From positions 33,758 through 97,757 of IMG/VR virus record IMGVR_UViG_2974518997_000001: 64,000 bases of DNA, one strand, 5' to 3'. Source of the DNA: a virus (lineage: Duplodnaviria > Caudoviricetes). Under the pieces are notes generated by a model. That model was not told the origin of the DNA. It made no database searches and saw only the letters and a program-made list of their open reading frames with translations. Made by a program: the position numbers and the translations under genes. Shown here piece after piece: positions 47,226 to 56,747 of this stretch. Numbering within the stretch: the stretch's first letter is position 1; the number at the start of each line of letters is the position of its first letter.

Positions 47226-47770
47226 TGGGCTCGACGATGAGTCTGGCCGTTGTTCCAGCCCCGCACTTCTGGCCGCTCGCGGAGCACCTGAGCCGTGAGG
47301 CGGCGTCCGCCGACGCGCGCGATGCGCACGAGGCGAACTTCTCCTACGATGAGCGCACCAAGCACATGGAGGCGCGTCACCAGGTGCGTCTGCGTTTCAT
47401 CTACTCGCTCCGCCTCGACGCGAACCTCAAGACGATGACGCCCGGCGACATCGACGAGTTCATCGACAACCGTCTGCCCGATCCCGACGATCTGGTGGAC
47501 TACTCGGACGAGCTGAAGCGCTCGTTCGTGCGTCAGCAGATCATGCTCGACCTCGAGGCCGCCGCTTTCGGGTACAACCGCGAGGTTGTGCAGATCGACC
47601 TGGACGGCAAGAACTGGTTGATGACCGGCGGCATGACGAACGGTGACGGTCCGACCGAGGCCTACGACCAGCTGAACCGCATCGACGACATGGACATCCT
47701 CGGCATGGCGATCAGCGTCCAGGAGATCACCGCGGCGATCGAGTACGAGAAGAGCCTGCGCAATGTCTGA
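47225..47770 (+). CDS. Hypothetical protein
   Basis: TAATG coupling; TGGMT.GD.PT motif. Confidence 0.7.
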   Translation: MGSTMSLAVVPAPHFWPLAEHLSREAASADARDAHEANFSYDERTKHMEARHQVRLRFIYSLRLDANLKTMTPGDIDEFIDNRLPDPDDLVDYSDELKRSFVRQQIMLDLEAAAFGYNREVVQIDLDGKNWLMTGGMTNGDGPTEAYDQLNRIDDMDILGMAISVQEITAAIEYEKSLRNV

Positions 47771-48125
47771 GCCGGAGAGCGACTCCTATGTCGCGGTGCA
47801 CAATCGCCTGAACCGACGGAGAGGCTCTGCTCGACTGCATTCGTGCTCTGCTGACGGCTGTGATCGACCCGCTCTCACCTGGGCTTGGCAGAGAGTCGGT
47901 CCTTCCAGAACAGGTCCTGCTCGACCGGGACGAGCCGTCGTAAGCTGGGGAACTCGAATCGAGGACTACTCCCCGATGTGCGCTCGTCATTCTCGTCAGC
48001 TGGATCATGGCGGTACTCTGACGCACTGCTCACGCGGGCACGAGCGCACGGAACAGAACACCAACTCGGCAGGCGTTTGCGCCCGATGCCGAGCCGACGA
48101 TGAAGCAGATCGGAGAAGGCAATGA
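47763..48125 (+). CDS. HNH-related Zn-binding protein
   Basis: H.RL...RG.A..H.C...C; C-terminal THCSRGHE....NT....C..C; more A/T-ending codons than neighbours. Confidence 0.5.
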   Translation: MSEPESDSYVAVHNRLNRRRGSARLHSCSADGCDRPALTWAWQRVGPSRTGPARPGRAVVSWGTRIEDYSPMCARHSRQLDHGGTLTHCSRGHERTEQNTNSAGVCARCRADDEADRRRQ

Positions 48126-48370
48126 CCTCGTCATCACGACCGCTGGAGATCCGTCTGCGCGAGTTCCTCGAGCAGGGACGGCGCACCAGCGCCCAGATCA
48201 TCGTGATCTGCGACCAGATGGAGGAGCGCTTCCCCGGCGAGGCGCAGACCACCGAACTGAGGGCGACCGCGCGCGTGCAGGAGATCCTCGCGGGCGACCT
48301 CGAGAAGCTGCTCAACGGCGAAGAGCTGGCGGGCTGGAAGATCGAAGGAGTGATCCCCGATGGGCGATAA
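48122..48370 (+). CDS. Hypothetical protein
   Basis: ATGA overlap. Confidence 0.65.
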   Translation: MTSSSRPLEIRLREFLEQGRRTSAQIIVICDQMEERFPGEAQTTELRATARVQEILAGDLEKLLNGEELAGWKIEGVIPDGR

Positions 48371-48590
48371 GACCTGGGAGCCGAGCGAGGCTCAGGAGCG
48401 GATCGTCGAGAAGTACGGTCACCTGCTGAACAATACCGGTGGCAACGAGCCTCTCGAACTGCTGAGGCGGCTGAATACCGAGGAGCGCCTCATGACGACG
48501 AACATGCCGGTGGCGGTTCTCGCAATCGCCGTGCAGTCGCAGATCAGTCTCCTCATCACCCTCGAGCGCGAGAGCGTGATTCACGGATGA
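48360..48590 (+). CDS. Hypothetical protein
   Basis: GGAG RBS. Confidence 0.65.
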   Translation: MGDKTWEPSEAQERIVEKYGHLLNNTGGNEPLELLRRLNTEERLMTTNMPVAVLAIAVQSQISLLITLERESVIHG

Positions 48591-48850
48591 ACGACAAGGA
48601 GTCGTTCGAGAAGATGATCCTCGAGGCGATCGTCAGTGACGGCGATCTGACGACGATCGGCGCTGAGAACGGCGTGGAGATCGATGGACACGGTCCTCAG
48701 GAGGGCAACAGCACTCCGATCGAGGGCTACTACCGCTTCAACGGCCGCCGAGCGTATTTCGCCGGGAAGGTCACGGTGGAGCTCGAGACTTTCGAGCACG
48801 CAGACGACGATGATGACCTCGACGATGACGAAGGAGACGAAGAGGAATGA
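48587..48850 (+). CDS. Acidic hypothetical protein
   Basis: ATGA overlap. Confidence 0.65.
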   Translation: MNDKESFEKMILEAIVSDGDLTTIGAENGVEIDGHGPQEGNSTPIEGYYRFNGRRAYFAGKVTVELETFEHADDDDDLDDDEGDEEE

Positions 48851-50091
48851 GCGACAACCAGTACCCGGTGACCCTGCGGGGCACGGGCGCACCTGTCCTG
48901 ATGTGGGCGCAGGAGCACGAAGTCGAGTCCAGCGCTCTGCAGCAGCTGCGCAACGTCAGCCAGCTTCCCGGCCTCCACGGCCTCCGCGTGATGCCTGACG
49001 TCCACTGGGGCAACGGCGCGACCGTCGGCTCCGTCATCGCGATGGAGCAGGCGCTCGCACCCGCGGCCGTCGGCGTGGACATCGGCTGCGGCGTGAACGC
49101 GGTGCGCACGAACCTCACCCTCGAGGACGTGGACGATCGCGACCTGCACGCGCTTCGCATGCGCTGGCAGAAGGTTGTGCCGGTCGGCTTCGCCTCGCAC
49201 CAGCAGGCCGGACGCCAGCTGAAGGTGCTGAACCCGATCGAGCGGAAGCGCTACGAGTCGTTCCTGAACAGCGTCGACACGCTCAAGGCCGACCTCTCGG
49301 AGAAGAAGCACAGCGACGCAGACGTGCGCGGCCGGGCGGCTCACCAGCTGGGCTCCCTGGGTGGCGGGAACCACTTCATCGAGCTGACCTCGGATGCGAC
49401 CGGCCAGCTGTGGATCACCCTCCACTCCGGCTCGCGGAACATCGGCAAGAGCCTCGCGGAGCGCCACATCGGCATCGCCATGGCGGATCCGCGCAACGAG
49501 GAGCTGCCGAAGCACCTCAAGGAGCTGAGCCTGTTCTACAAGGGCACTCCGCAGATGGACGCCTACCTGCACGACCTGAAGTGGGCGCAGAAGTTCGCGA
49601 TGCTCTCGCGCACGCTGATGACGGAGACGGTGAAGGCCGAGCTCGCTCTGTACTTCGACGGCCGCGGCAAGATCACGACCTTCGACGAGGAGATCAACTG
49701 CCACCACAACTACGTGGCGGAGGAGGAGATCGACGGCAAGATGATGATCGTCACCCGCAAGGGCGCGATCAGCGCGAAGAAGGGTGAGCTGGCGCTCATC
49801 CCCGGCTCCATGGCGACCGGTTCGTACATCGTGCGCGGCCTCGGCAACGAGGCGTCGTTCCAGAGCGCGTCCCACGGCGCGGGACGGAAGATGAGCCGCG
49901 GCGAGGCGAAGCGTCGGTTCACAGTCGAGGACGTGGAGCGCACCATGGTCGGCATCGAGGCTCGGAAGGACGAGGGCGTGATCGACGAGATCTCGCTCGC
50001 GTACAAGAACCTCGATGAGGTCATCGTGGCGGAGAAGGACCTGGTCGAGGTCGTTCAGAAGCTCGACACGATCCTCTGCGTGAAGGGCTGA
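48847..50091 (+). CDS. rtcB: RtcB RNA ligase
   Basis: MPDVH.G.G; GVDIGCG; LGSLGGGNHFIE; HSGSR; HHNY; RKGA; PGSM; SHGAGR. Confidence 0.97.
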   Translation: MSDNQYPVTLRGTGAPVLMWAQEHEVESSALQQLRNVSQLPGLHGLRVMPDVHWGNGATVGSVIAMEQALAPAAVGVDIGCGVNAVRTNLTLEDVDDRDLHALRMRWQKVVPVGFASHQQAGRQLKVLNPIERKRYESFLNSVDTLKADLSEKKHSDADVRGRAAHQLGSLGGGNHFIELTSDATGQLWITLHSGSRNIGKSLAERHIGIAMADPRNEELPKHLKELSLFYKGTPQMDAYLHDLKWAQKFAMLSRTLMTETVKAELALYFDGRGKITTFDEEINCHHNYVAEEEIDGKMMIVTRKGAISAKKGELALIPGSMATGSYIVRGLGNEASFQSASHGAGRKMSRGEAKRRFTVEDVERTMVGIEARKDEGVIDEISLAYKNLDEVIVAEKDLVEVVQKLDTILCVKG

Positions 50092-50093
50092 TC

Positions 50094-50504
50094 ATGGTCC
50101 TGGAACGCACAGCGACAGAGCATCGCGAGCGCCTGGAGCGCATCGTCGGATCGATCGCCCTCGGGATGAACTGCGAGATCAAGCTCGCGTTCAGCGAGGA
50201 CCGCGGCGAGTGGTTCGTGCAGATTCAGTGCTGGCGTCTGGACGTCATCACGAAGAAGTACGGCTGGGGATTTGGAGGCAAGGGCTGGCCTAGCATCCAC
50301 TCCTCGGACAGCGAGATCATCCAGATGATCTTCGGCCTGTACAAGGGCTACTGGGAGCACGAGGCTCGCGAGACGTTCGAGCTCCGCAACGAGGCCGGCG
50401 AGTATCGTCGACCCTTCGGACCTCACATCGACACCTGGGCGCTATGGAGCGTCGCACGGAAGGTCGACGTGCGGTCACAGCGACACGAGGAGGACCGGAA
50501 GTGA
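50094..50504 (+). CDS. Hypothetical protein
   Basis: EHEARE.F...FGPH motif. Confidence 0.7.
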   Translation: MVLERTATEHRERLERIVGSIALGMNCEIKLAFSEDRGEWFVQIQCWRLDVITKKYGWGFGGKGWPSIHSSDSEIIQMIFGLYKGYWEHEARETFELRNEAGEYRRPFGPHIDTWALWSVARKVDVRSQRHEEDRK

Positions 50505-50896
50505 CTGACTACCTGCTGGACGGCGTCATCGCCATCGAGGGACGTGCGTCTGAGGACGGCCGTGTGCTCGAGAACGGCGGTCTCACGTGGACCGTGCCGA
50601 TTCCGATCCGTCTGTTCGGGACGGAGCAGCCGATCCCGGTCGGATCGATCGTCGAGATCGAGCGCGACGGCGACATGATCCGCGCACGCGGCGTCATCTC
50701 GGTGGAGGTGCTCGACGAGAACTACACCGGGCTGGCGGCCACGCTCGACGGCGTCCAGGTTGCTGCTGGTGCCGAGTTCTCGGTGATGTCCGGCCGTCTG
50801 CGCGAGGTCGTCATCGTCCACCGCGACAACCGCGTGTGGCCGGAGGCTGAGGCCACGTTCACCGCCTTCGGAGAAGAGCCGGAGGGCGCGTCGTGA
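50501..50896 (+). CDS. Hypothetical protein resembling the N-terminus of actinophage prohead-protease-like proteins
   Basis: G..AIEG..SEDGR....GLTW..PIPI pattern. Confidence 0.4.
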   Translation: MTDYLLDGVIAIEGRASEDGRVLENGGLTWTVPIPIRLFGTEQPIPVGSIVEIERDGDMIRARGVISVEVLDENYTGLAATLDGVQVAAGAEFSVMSGRLREVVIVHRDNRVWPEAEATFTAFGEEPEGAS

Positions 50897-51060
50897 CCCT
50901 CGACGTTGAGGCTCAGCTGAGCATCGACATCGGCAAGCGTGCTCTTCGGAACTTCAAGGGCCGAACGGCGGCGCTCGGGCGCTCTGCGAATACTCCGATG
51001 GAGAGCGACCTCGCGGAGGGCCTGGAGGCCGTTCTCAAGGTGTTGGAAGGGAAGAGCTGA
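50893..51060 (+). CDS. 55-aa hypothetical protein (not in ORF track)
   Basis: GGAGG RBS; coupled at both ends. Confidence 0.6.
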   Translation: MTLDVEAQLSIDIGKRALRNFKGRTAALGRSANTPMESDLAEGLEAVLKVLEGKS

Positions 51061-51494
51061 TGCCCATCGCGAACTACACCACCACGATGACGGTCAACGC
51101 CTCCGTCGAGAAGATCACCAAGATGTTGATCAAGGCCGGCGTCCGTGCGATCCAGACGGAGTACGGCCCGCAGGGCAATGCGCGCGGTCTGACGTTCTCG
51201 ATGGACACAGAGTGGGGCGAGCGTCAGTTCTCGCTTCCTGTGCGCGTGGAGGGCGTCCTGGAGGCGCTCAAGCGCCAGAAGGTCGAGCCGCGCTATCAGA
51301 AGTTCGCTCACGCTGAGCGGGTGGCCTGGCGCATCGCGCACGACTGGCTCCGCGCACAGCTGGCGATCATCGACGCCGGCATGACCACGACGGCCGAGGT
51401 CTTCTTCCCGTACCTGGTTCTCGGCTACGACCAGGCCACGCCCATCACCGCCTACAAGCAGTACACGACCACTCAGAGGGAGATCGTCCAGTGA
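51060..51494 (+). CDS. Hypothetical protein
   Basis: NYTT...RVAWRI..DW..AQ.A...VF.PY motif. Confidence 0.75.
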   Translation: MPIANYTTTMTVNASVEKITKMLIKAGVRAIQTEYGPQGNARGLTFSMDTEWGERQFSLPVRVEGVLEALKRQKVEPRYQKFAHAERVAWRIAHDWLRAQLAIIDAGMTTTAEVFFPYLVLGYDQATPITAYKQYTTTQREIVQ

Positions 51495-52108
51495 ACAATC
51501 GACAGGCAGACGTCCGGAACTTCCACATCGCGTTCGGGCATCCGGCACCGGAGTTCCCGGTCACGGAGTGGTCGGAGGAGCTGACTCAGTTGCTCAACGA
51601 CCGCGCGGACTGGATCATCGAGGAGGCCAACGAGCTGAAAGAGGCCGTCGAGCAGAAGGACCTCATCAAGGTGCTGGACGCACTCACGGACGCGGAGTAC
51701 TTCGCCGTCGGCGGGTTCGTCGTGCTCGGGCAGGACGGCGACCACTACTGGGACGCTGTGCACTCCGCGAACATGGACAAGCTCGGTGAGGACGGTAAGC
51801 CGATCCCGCACCCGACGATCCCGAACAAGATCGGCAAGCGCGCGGGCTGGGTGCCGCCGGAGGCGCGTCACGCTGAGGTCCTCGAGCGGATCCGTCGGGA
51901 GGCGCTGATCGAGTCGCTGGCGATCCGGCTGGCGTACACGGCCACTGTCAACGGCACCGAGGCGCTGCTCACCTTCGACGGCATCCCGTACGACGTGCTC
52001 CAGCTGGCCGTTTTCCGCTCGCGGCAGCTGATCAGCCGCGGAGAGAACTTCGTGAAGAGCCGCTTCAAGCAGCTCCAGACTCAGCTCAACGAGGGAGTGA
52101 CGTCATGA
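51491..52108 (+). CDS. MazG-like / PRA-PH nucleotide pyrophosphohydrolase
   Basis: EE..E...DAL.D..Y...VH.ANM.K. Confidence 0.8.
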   Translation: MNNRQADVRNFHIAFGHPAPEFPVTEWSEELTQLLNDRADWIIEEANELKEAVEQKDLIKVLDALTDAEYFAVGGFVVLGQDGDHYWDAVHSANMDKLGEDGKPIPHPTIPNKIGKRAGWVPPEARHAEVLERIRREALIESLAIRLAYTATVNGTEALLTFDGIPYDVLQLAVFRSRQLISRGENFVKSRFKQLQTQLNEGVTS

Positions 52109-52554
52109 CCGGCCGCAACGACACCGAGGAGAACCGGGCTACCGCGGCGAAGGCCGCCACAGAGCAGACCGAGGCTCTCGAGGCGATCGAGCACTTCGAC
52201 GACATCGAGTCGATCTACGTCCGGGGCTTCCAGGACGGGTCGATCTGGCTGGCCGACTACATCGAGCCGTCTCGCGGTCATGTCAGTGTTGCCGCTCTCA
52301 CGGTGACGTGGCAGACGTTGGTGCTCTTCCGGGACATCGCCCTCAAGGAGGCTGACTTCGAGCGCGTCTCGTACATGAGCGCGGCGATCATGGACATGGC
52401 CGTGATGATCGAGGGTCAGGGCATGGCTCTGCCGGAGATCCACGACGACACCGAGAAGGACAACGAGGTCGTCGACGAGGACTTCGATGACGACTCGGAT
52501 GGCGACTTCGACGGTGACGTCTCTGACGAGGAAGCCGAGGCCGCTCGTGGCTAG
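52105..52554 (+). CDS. Hypothetical acidic protein
   Basis: GGAG RBS; ATGA overlap. Confidence 0.65.
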   Translation: MTGRNDTEENRATAAKAATEQTEALEAIEHFDDIESIYVRGFQDGSIWLADYIEPSRGHVSVAALTVTWQTLVLFRDIALKEADFERVSYMSAAIMDMAVMIEGQGMALPEIHDDTEKDNEVVDEDFDDDSDGDFDGDVSDEEAEAARG

Positions 52555-52747
52555 GTCGCATTCCGCTCAGAAGGCGGCGCTCACGCGCGCTCTGAACAAG
52601 CCTGAGGAGCAGCGTGAGGACTCGGTTCTTCGCGAGGCGCGTCGTGTCGTGAAGGAGTGGGGCAACGCGTGGCCTGACGACTGGAGCCGCTGGCAGAGGG
52701 CCCTCGATGACGTCGCGTTCGGCCAGTACCGACTGGAAGATCTGTGA
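52547..52747 (+). CDS. Hypothetical protein
   Basis: AQKAALTRA...WPDDW.RWQRALDD motif. Confidence 0.65.
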   Translation: MARSHSAQKAALTRALNKPEEQREDSVLREARRVVKEWGNAWPDDWSRWQRALDDVAFGQYRLEDL

Positions 52748-52965
52748 CCGGCGACAAGAAGTCCGCGGCGTCGCTGGAGGAGGGTGACTTCATCTACCTC
52801 CACGCTCCGGGCGAGGAAGCGCCTTCGACTCTGCGGCGTCCTGTTCGGGTGGATCACATCAAGCGGATGCCGTACGGCGTCGTGAGGATCTACCACAGCC
52901 TCTACGGTCTGCAGCACGTCGATGCCGCGGGCGCTCACCGATTCCTGCTCGGAGATCCCTGGTGA
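52744..52965 (+). CDS. Hypothetical protein
   Basis: GTGA overlap. Confidence 0.6.
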   Translation: MTGDKKSAASLEEGDFIYLHAPGEEAPSTLRRPVRVDHIKRMPYGVVRIYHSLYGLQHVDAAGAHRFLLGDPW

Positions 52966-53309
52966 GCCCGCGCCGACCCTCGAACGAGAACGCGATCAGC
53001 ACGAAGGTGCGATGCCCGGCGTGCTTCGCTGAGGTGGATGCGCCCTGCTCAACGCCGACGAACACCGGACGCCGAGATGTCGCCTGGTTCCACTCCTCGA
53101 GGACGACGAAGGCCGCGGCGTACCTCACGCACGAGGTCGGCGTTCATGCCGAGGGAGGGCATATCGCCGCGATATGCACGTGCGGGTGGTCGAAGCTCGT
53201 CCGCACCGACGGGAACACCTCGATCGACCTCCTCGAGGCCCTCAGGACGCTCGCTCCGGGTGCGGGCGCGGAGCATCTGCGCACGATCCGTGAGGACGTC
53301 AGCGGGTAG
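52962..53309 (+). CDS. Zn-finger protein
   Basis: CPAC.A....PC...H..R; CTCGW. Confidence 0.65.
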   Translation: MSPRRPSNENAISTKVRCPACFAEVDAPCSTPTNTGRRDVAWFHSSRTTKAAAYLTHEVGVHAEGGHIAAICTCGWSKLVRTDGNTSIDLLEALRTLAPGAGAEHLRTIREDVSG

Positions 53310-53381
53310 CTGCAGCACGCCGCGAGCACGGTAGATCCCCTCGGGAGACGCTGAGCTTCGCGTGGACGCGATCAATCGATC

Positions 53382-53392
53382 GTGGTACAATT
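53382..53392 (+). promoter_or_regulatory. Extended -10 promoter (GTGGTACAAT)
   Basis: Intergenic, upstream of the recombination operon. Confidence 0.55.
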
Positions 53393-53444
53393 GGATCACG
53401 CTTATGCCACGGATAAGCGCGGAAAATCAAGGGAGAAGATGCGT

Positions 53445-54272
53445 ATGACCGAATCATTTGGAGGCGTCAGTCTCAACGCGCTGGATGACATGCCGGAGGA
53501 CTACGGTCGCTGGCTCATCCACGGGCCTCAGGGATCGGGCAAGTCGACGCTCGCTTCCACGATCGCCCGACTGGGAAAGACGCTCTTCATCGACCTCACC
53601 GGCGAGAAGGGTTTGCGCTCGTTCAAGGGCACGGACTACGGCAAGAACATCACCGTCATGCGCCCCGAGTCGATCACGGCGATGGACGATGTGTTCTGGG
53701 AGCTGAACAAGGGCAACCACGACTTTAACGCGGTGGTCATCGACTCCCTCACGGGCTTCCAGAAGATGACGATGCGCTTCCTCATGAAGTACAACGAGAC
53801 CGCGGTGCGCGAGATCAAGCAGGGCGGTTCGCCGGCTGACATTCGCACCTGGGGTCAGTCGCTGGACGTCATGACGGACACTGCGACGTTCTGGTACGGG
53901 CTGGCCGACGGCAACCGCCGGAAGCCGATGCACGTCATCATGACGGCGCAGACCAAGGTGCTCGAGGACGAGGTGGCGGGCACGAAGACCCGCATGCCGG
54001 ACGTGCAGAAGGGTGCGCTCAGCATCACGCTGGCCGTGCCGGACTACATCGTCTATTGCGACCTCGAGGACAACATGGAAGCCTACGGGGACGATTCGCT
54101 CCCGTCTCAGCTTCACATCGCGCGGTTCGGTAACCACTCCGACTACCGCACCAAGGCTCGCGTGCCGGTCGATCTGCGGGGCAAGATCCCGCCGATCCTC
54201 GGGCGCGGAAAGAATGCGCCGGACCTTGCATCCCTGAGTAAGGTCCTGCGTATCGGTGGGACGTCTGCGTGA
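53445..54272 (+). CDS. Sak4-like / AAA_24 ATPase (recombination)
   Basis: GPQGSGKS; VVIDSLT; adjacent SSB-like gene. Confidence 0.8.
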   Translation: MTESFGGVSLNALDDMPEDYGRWLIHGPQGSGKSTLASTIARLGKTLFIDLTGEKGLRSFKGTDYGKNITVMRPESITAMDDVFWELNKGNHDFNAVVIDSLTGFQKMTMRFLMKYNETAVREIKQGGSPADIRTWGQSLDVMTDTATFWYGLADGNRRKPMHVIMTAQTKVLEDEVAGTKTRMPDVQKGALSITLAVPDYIVYCDLEDNMEAYGDDSLPSQLHIARFGNHSDYRTKARVPVDLRGKIPPILGRGKNAPDLASLSKVLRIGGTSA

Positions 54273-54326
54273 CAGACGCCAGCCACCACATCACAGTCAG
54301 GGACATAACAGAAGGATGGTAGCTAT

Positions 54327-54896
54327 ATGAGCGACACCATGGTGATCGACCTCTCGAACTACAAGGATCGGGTGGGTGCCCGCGTGACGCCCGGCCGTTA
54401 CCGCGTGGTCGTGGAGGACGTCGAGCCCGACCAGTCCAAGGCCGGCAACCCGATGATCAACCTGTGGTTCCGTATCATCGGCGGTGACTTCGACGGACAG
54501 ACGCTCGTCGATCGCCTCACCGTCACTGAGAAGGCGCTCTTCCGCGTCGTCGCCTTCCTGAACGCGATCGGCCTGCCGACGCCGAAGGGCAAGATCCAGA
54601 TCAACCCCCAGAAGTTCCTGGGGCAGCGTCTGGAGGTCGACGTGGACGACGGTGAGCCGTACAACGGCCGCGTGAAGTCGGAGGTGCGTGGCTACATGCG
54701 CCTGCCGAAGGGATCGCAGCCCGCGGCGGCTGACATCGAAGAGCCCGCCGAGGCCCCCGCGGCCGCTGCTGCAGCCACCACGGGTGCAGCGACGGCGGCG
54801 ACCTCGCCGGAGTCGCCCGCCCCGACCGGAACCGCTTCGGCGGATGCCGCGACGGACGACGACGGGAACGTCGATCTCGACAACCTCGACCTCTGA
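54327..54896 (+). CDS. DUF669-like ssDNA-binding protein
   Basis: PG.Y...SKAGNPM; acidic C-terminal tail. Confidence 0.75.
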   Translation: MSDTMVIDLSNYKDRVGARVTPGRYRVVVEDVEPDQSKAGNPMINLWFRIIGGDFDGQTLVDRLTVTEKALFRVVAFLNAIGLPTPKGKIQINPQKFLGQRLEVDVDDGEPYNGRVKSEVRGYMRLPKGSQPAAADIEEPAEAPAAAAAATTGAATAATSPESPAPTGTASADAATDDDGNVDLDNLDL

Positions 54897-54980
54897 GGTC
54901 TAGGTGACCCGGGCGGCGGCAGCACACCAGTAGAGAGGGAGCTGTCGCCGCTCGCACCATCCTGAACGAAAGGCACGACC

Positions 54981-55361
54981 GTGGCTCGGACACCGACCTA
55001 CCGAGACGAGACTGCTCTCGTCAAGGCGATCGTGATCAAGATCAAGACGAAGTACCCGGACGCGTGGATCATGAAGGTCCACGGCGGTCCGATGCAGACG
55101 GCGGGGATCCCGGATCTCCTCATCTGCGTGAACGGGCTCCTCATCGGAGCCGAGATCAAGCACCAGAAGCCTCGTGAGAGCGAGGCACACGCGCGCGGCA
55201 GGGCGACACCGCTCCAGCACGCGCAGATAGCGAAGATCCAGGCGTCAGGTGGCGTCGCCGGGGTCGCGCTGACACCCGATGAAACGCTGGCTCTCGTTGA
55301 GCTGGCGATCGAACAGAACCGCAACACCAACCAGGAGATACAGAATGTCGAACGAGACTGA
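54981..55361 (+). CDS. VRR-NUC / Holliday junction resolvase-like nuclease
   Basis: E...GIPDL....G.....EIK...TPLQ. Confidence 0.85.
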   Translation: MARTPTYRDETALVKAIVIKIKTKYPDAWIMKVHGGPMQTAGIPDLLICVNGLLIGAEIKHQKPRESEAHARGRATPLQHAQIAKIQASGGVAGVALTPDETLALVELAIEQNRNTNQEIQNVERD

Positions 55362-55716
55362 TACACCCACCGCATCCACGAGCACAGCTGTCGTCGTGCC
55401 CTCGGACGTCCTCGAGACGCTGCAGAACGAGCTGCGCAAGGCGAAGCCCTTCCCCGACGGCACGATCGTCCGTTTCGTCTTCCACGGCATCGGCGGCGAC
55501 CACTACCACTACGCGGCGCTCTTCTCGGGCGGGAAGTGGTGGTTCACCGGCCACGGTGCGGACCTCGAAGGCTCTGGCAGCTACCGCGACGCCGGCAAGA
55601 TGAAGACGTTCCCTCGCTCGGCCTCGCAGTCGGACTTCTCGGCGATCATCATGACGCACGGGCACCGGATCAGCGACCTCGAGCTGGCGACCACCTTCAC
55701 GCCCGTCCAGCTCTGA
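55345..55716 (+). CDS. Hypothetical protein
   Basis: AGGAG RBS; YAA....GKWW.TG. Confidence 0.7.
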   Translation: MSNETDTPTASTSTAVVVPSDVLETLQNELRKAKPFPDGTIVRFVFHGIGGDHYHYAALFSGGKWWFTGHGADLEGSGSYRDAGKMKTFPRSASQSDFSAIIMTHGHRISDLELATTFTPVQL

Positions 55717-55745
55717 CCGACCACGACACCTACTAGGAGAGACAC

Positions 55746-56747
55746 ATGGTTCACGAGATCACCGGTTCCGACGGCATGTTCACGGTCCGCCAGGCTGCCT
55801 GGCACGGACTGGGCACCGTCTTCGAGGACTACCCGAAGCGCGACGAGGCCGAGAAGATCGCTCACCCGTGGGACGTCGTGGAGGAGCCCCTCTTCCGCAA
55901 GCGCGTCTCCGTCGACGACAACGGCCAGACCCTCGAGCTGATGGAGGAGGTGCCGTCGTTCAAGGCGAACGTCCGCTCGGACAGCCAGGACCTGCTGGGC
56001 GTCGTGCCCGAGTCCTACACGAACGTCACCAACCACGAGCTGTGGGACATCGCTGAGGCCCTCGAAGGCTCCGGCGAGGACGTCATGTTCGAGACCGGCG
56101 GTTCGCTCAAGGGCGGACGTCAGGTCTGGATCCTCCTGCGCCTCCAGGAGCCGCTCATCGTGAAGGGCGACCCCCGGGGCGCGACGATCCCGTACTACGC
56201 GCTGCAGAACGGCTTCGACGGCTCGAGCGCGTTCCGCGGTCAGGCGACCACGACGCGCATCGTCTGCGCGAACACCTCGAAGATGGCGGACTGGGACGCG
56301 CAGAACCGCGGCACCGAGTTCCTCTTCCGTCACACGAAGAACGTCGGTGAGCGCATCGAGCAGGCCCGTCTGGCCCTGTCCGAGTGGCGTGCATCGCTCG
56401 CGGTCTGGCAGGAGCAGGCGGAGACGCTGGTTCAGCGCCGGCTGGAGCCTCTGGCGGCCGCGGACTTCCTCGACCGGTTCATCATGATGCCGCCCGAGGG
56501 CACCGTCACCGAGCGTGTGCGCAACAACGTCATCCGCGACCGCGGGAAGTGGATGGACGCGTACAACTCGGTCACCGGCGAGGGCATCAAGGACACGGCC
56601 TACGGCCTCGTCCAGGCCTCGATCGAGTTCCTCGAGTGGGGTCGCCGCGCGTTCACCGCGGAGAGCCGCTTCCAGCGGTCGTTCCTCACTCGGGACGGCA
56701 TGACCACGCACGCGATCAACCTGGCGCTCGAAGCGCCTCAGGCCTGA
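55746..56747 (+). CDS. DUF932-family protein
   Basis: AWHGLG; ETGGSL.GG..VW; N.FDGS; RIVCANT. Confidence 0.85.
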   Translation: MVHEITGSDGMFTVRQAAWHGLGTVFEDYPKRDEAEKIAHPWDVVEEPLFRKRVSVDDNGQTLELMEEVPSFKANVRSDSQDLLGVVPESYTNVTNHELWDIAEALEGSGEDVMFETGGSLKGGRQVWILLRLQEPLIVKGDPRGATIPYYALQNGFDGSSAFRGQATTTRIVCANTSKMADWDAQNRGTEFLFRHTKNVGERIEQARLALSEWRASLAVWQEQAETLVQRRLEPLAAADFLDRFIMMPPEGTVTERVRNNVIRDRGKWMDAYNSVTGEGIKDTAYGLVQASIEFLEWGRRAFTAESRFQRSFLTRDGMTTHAINLALEAPQA

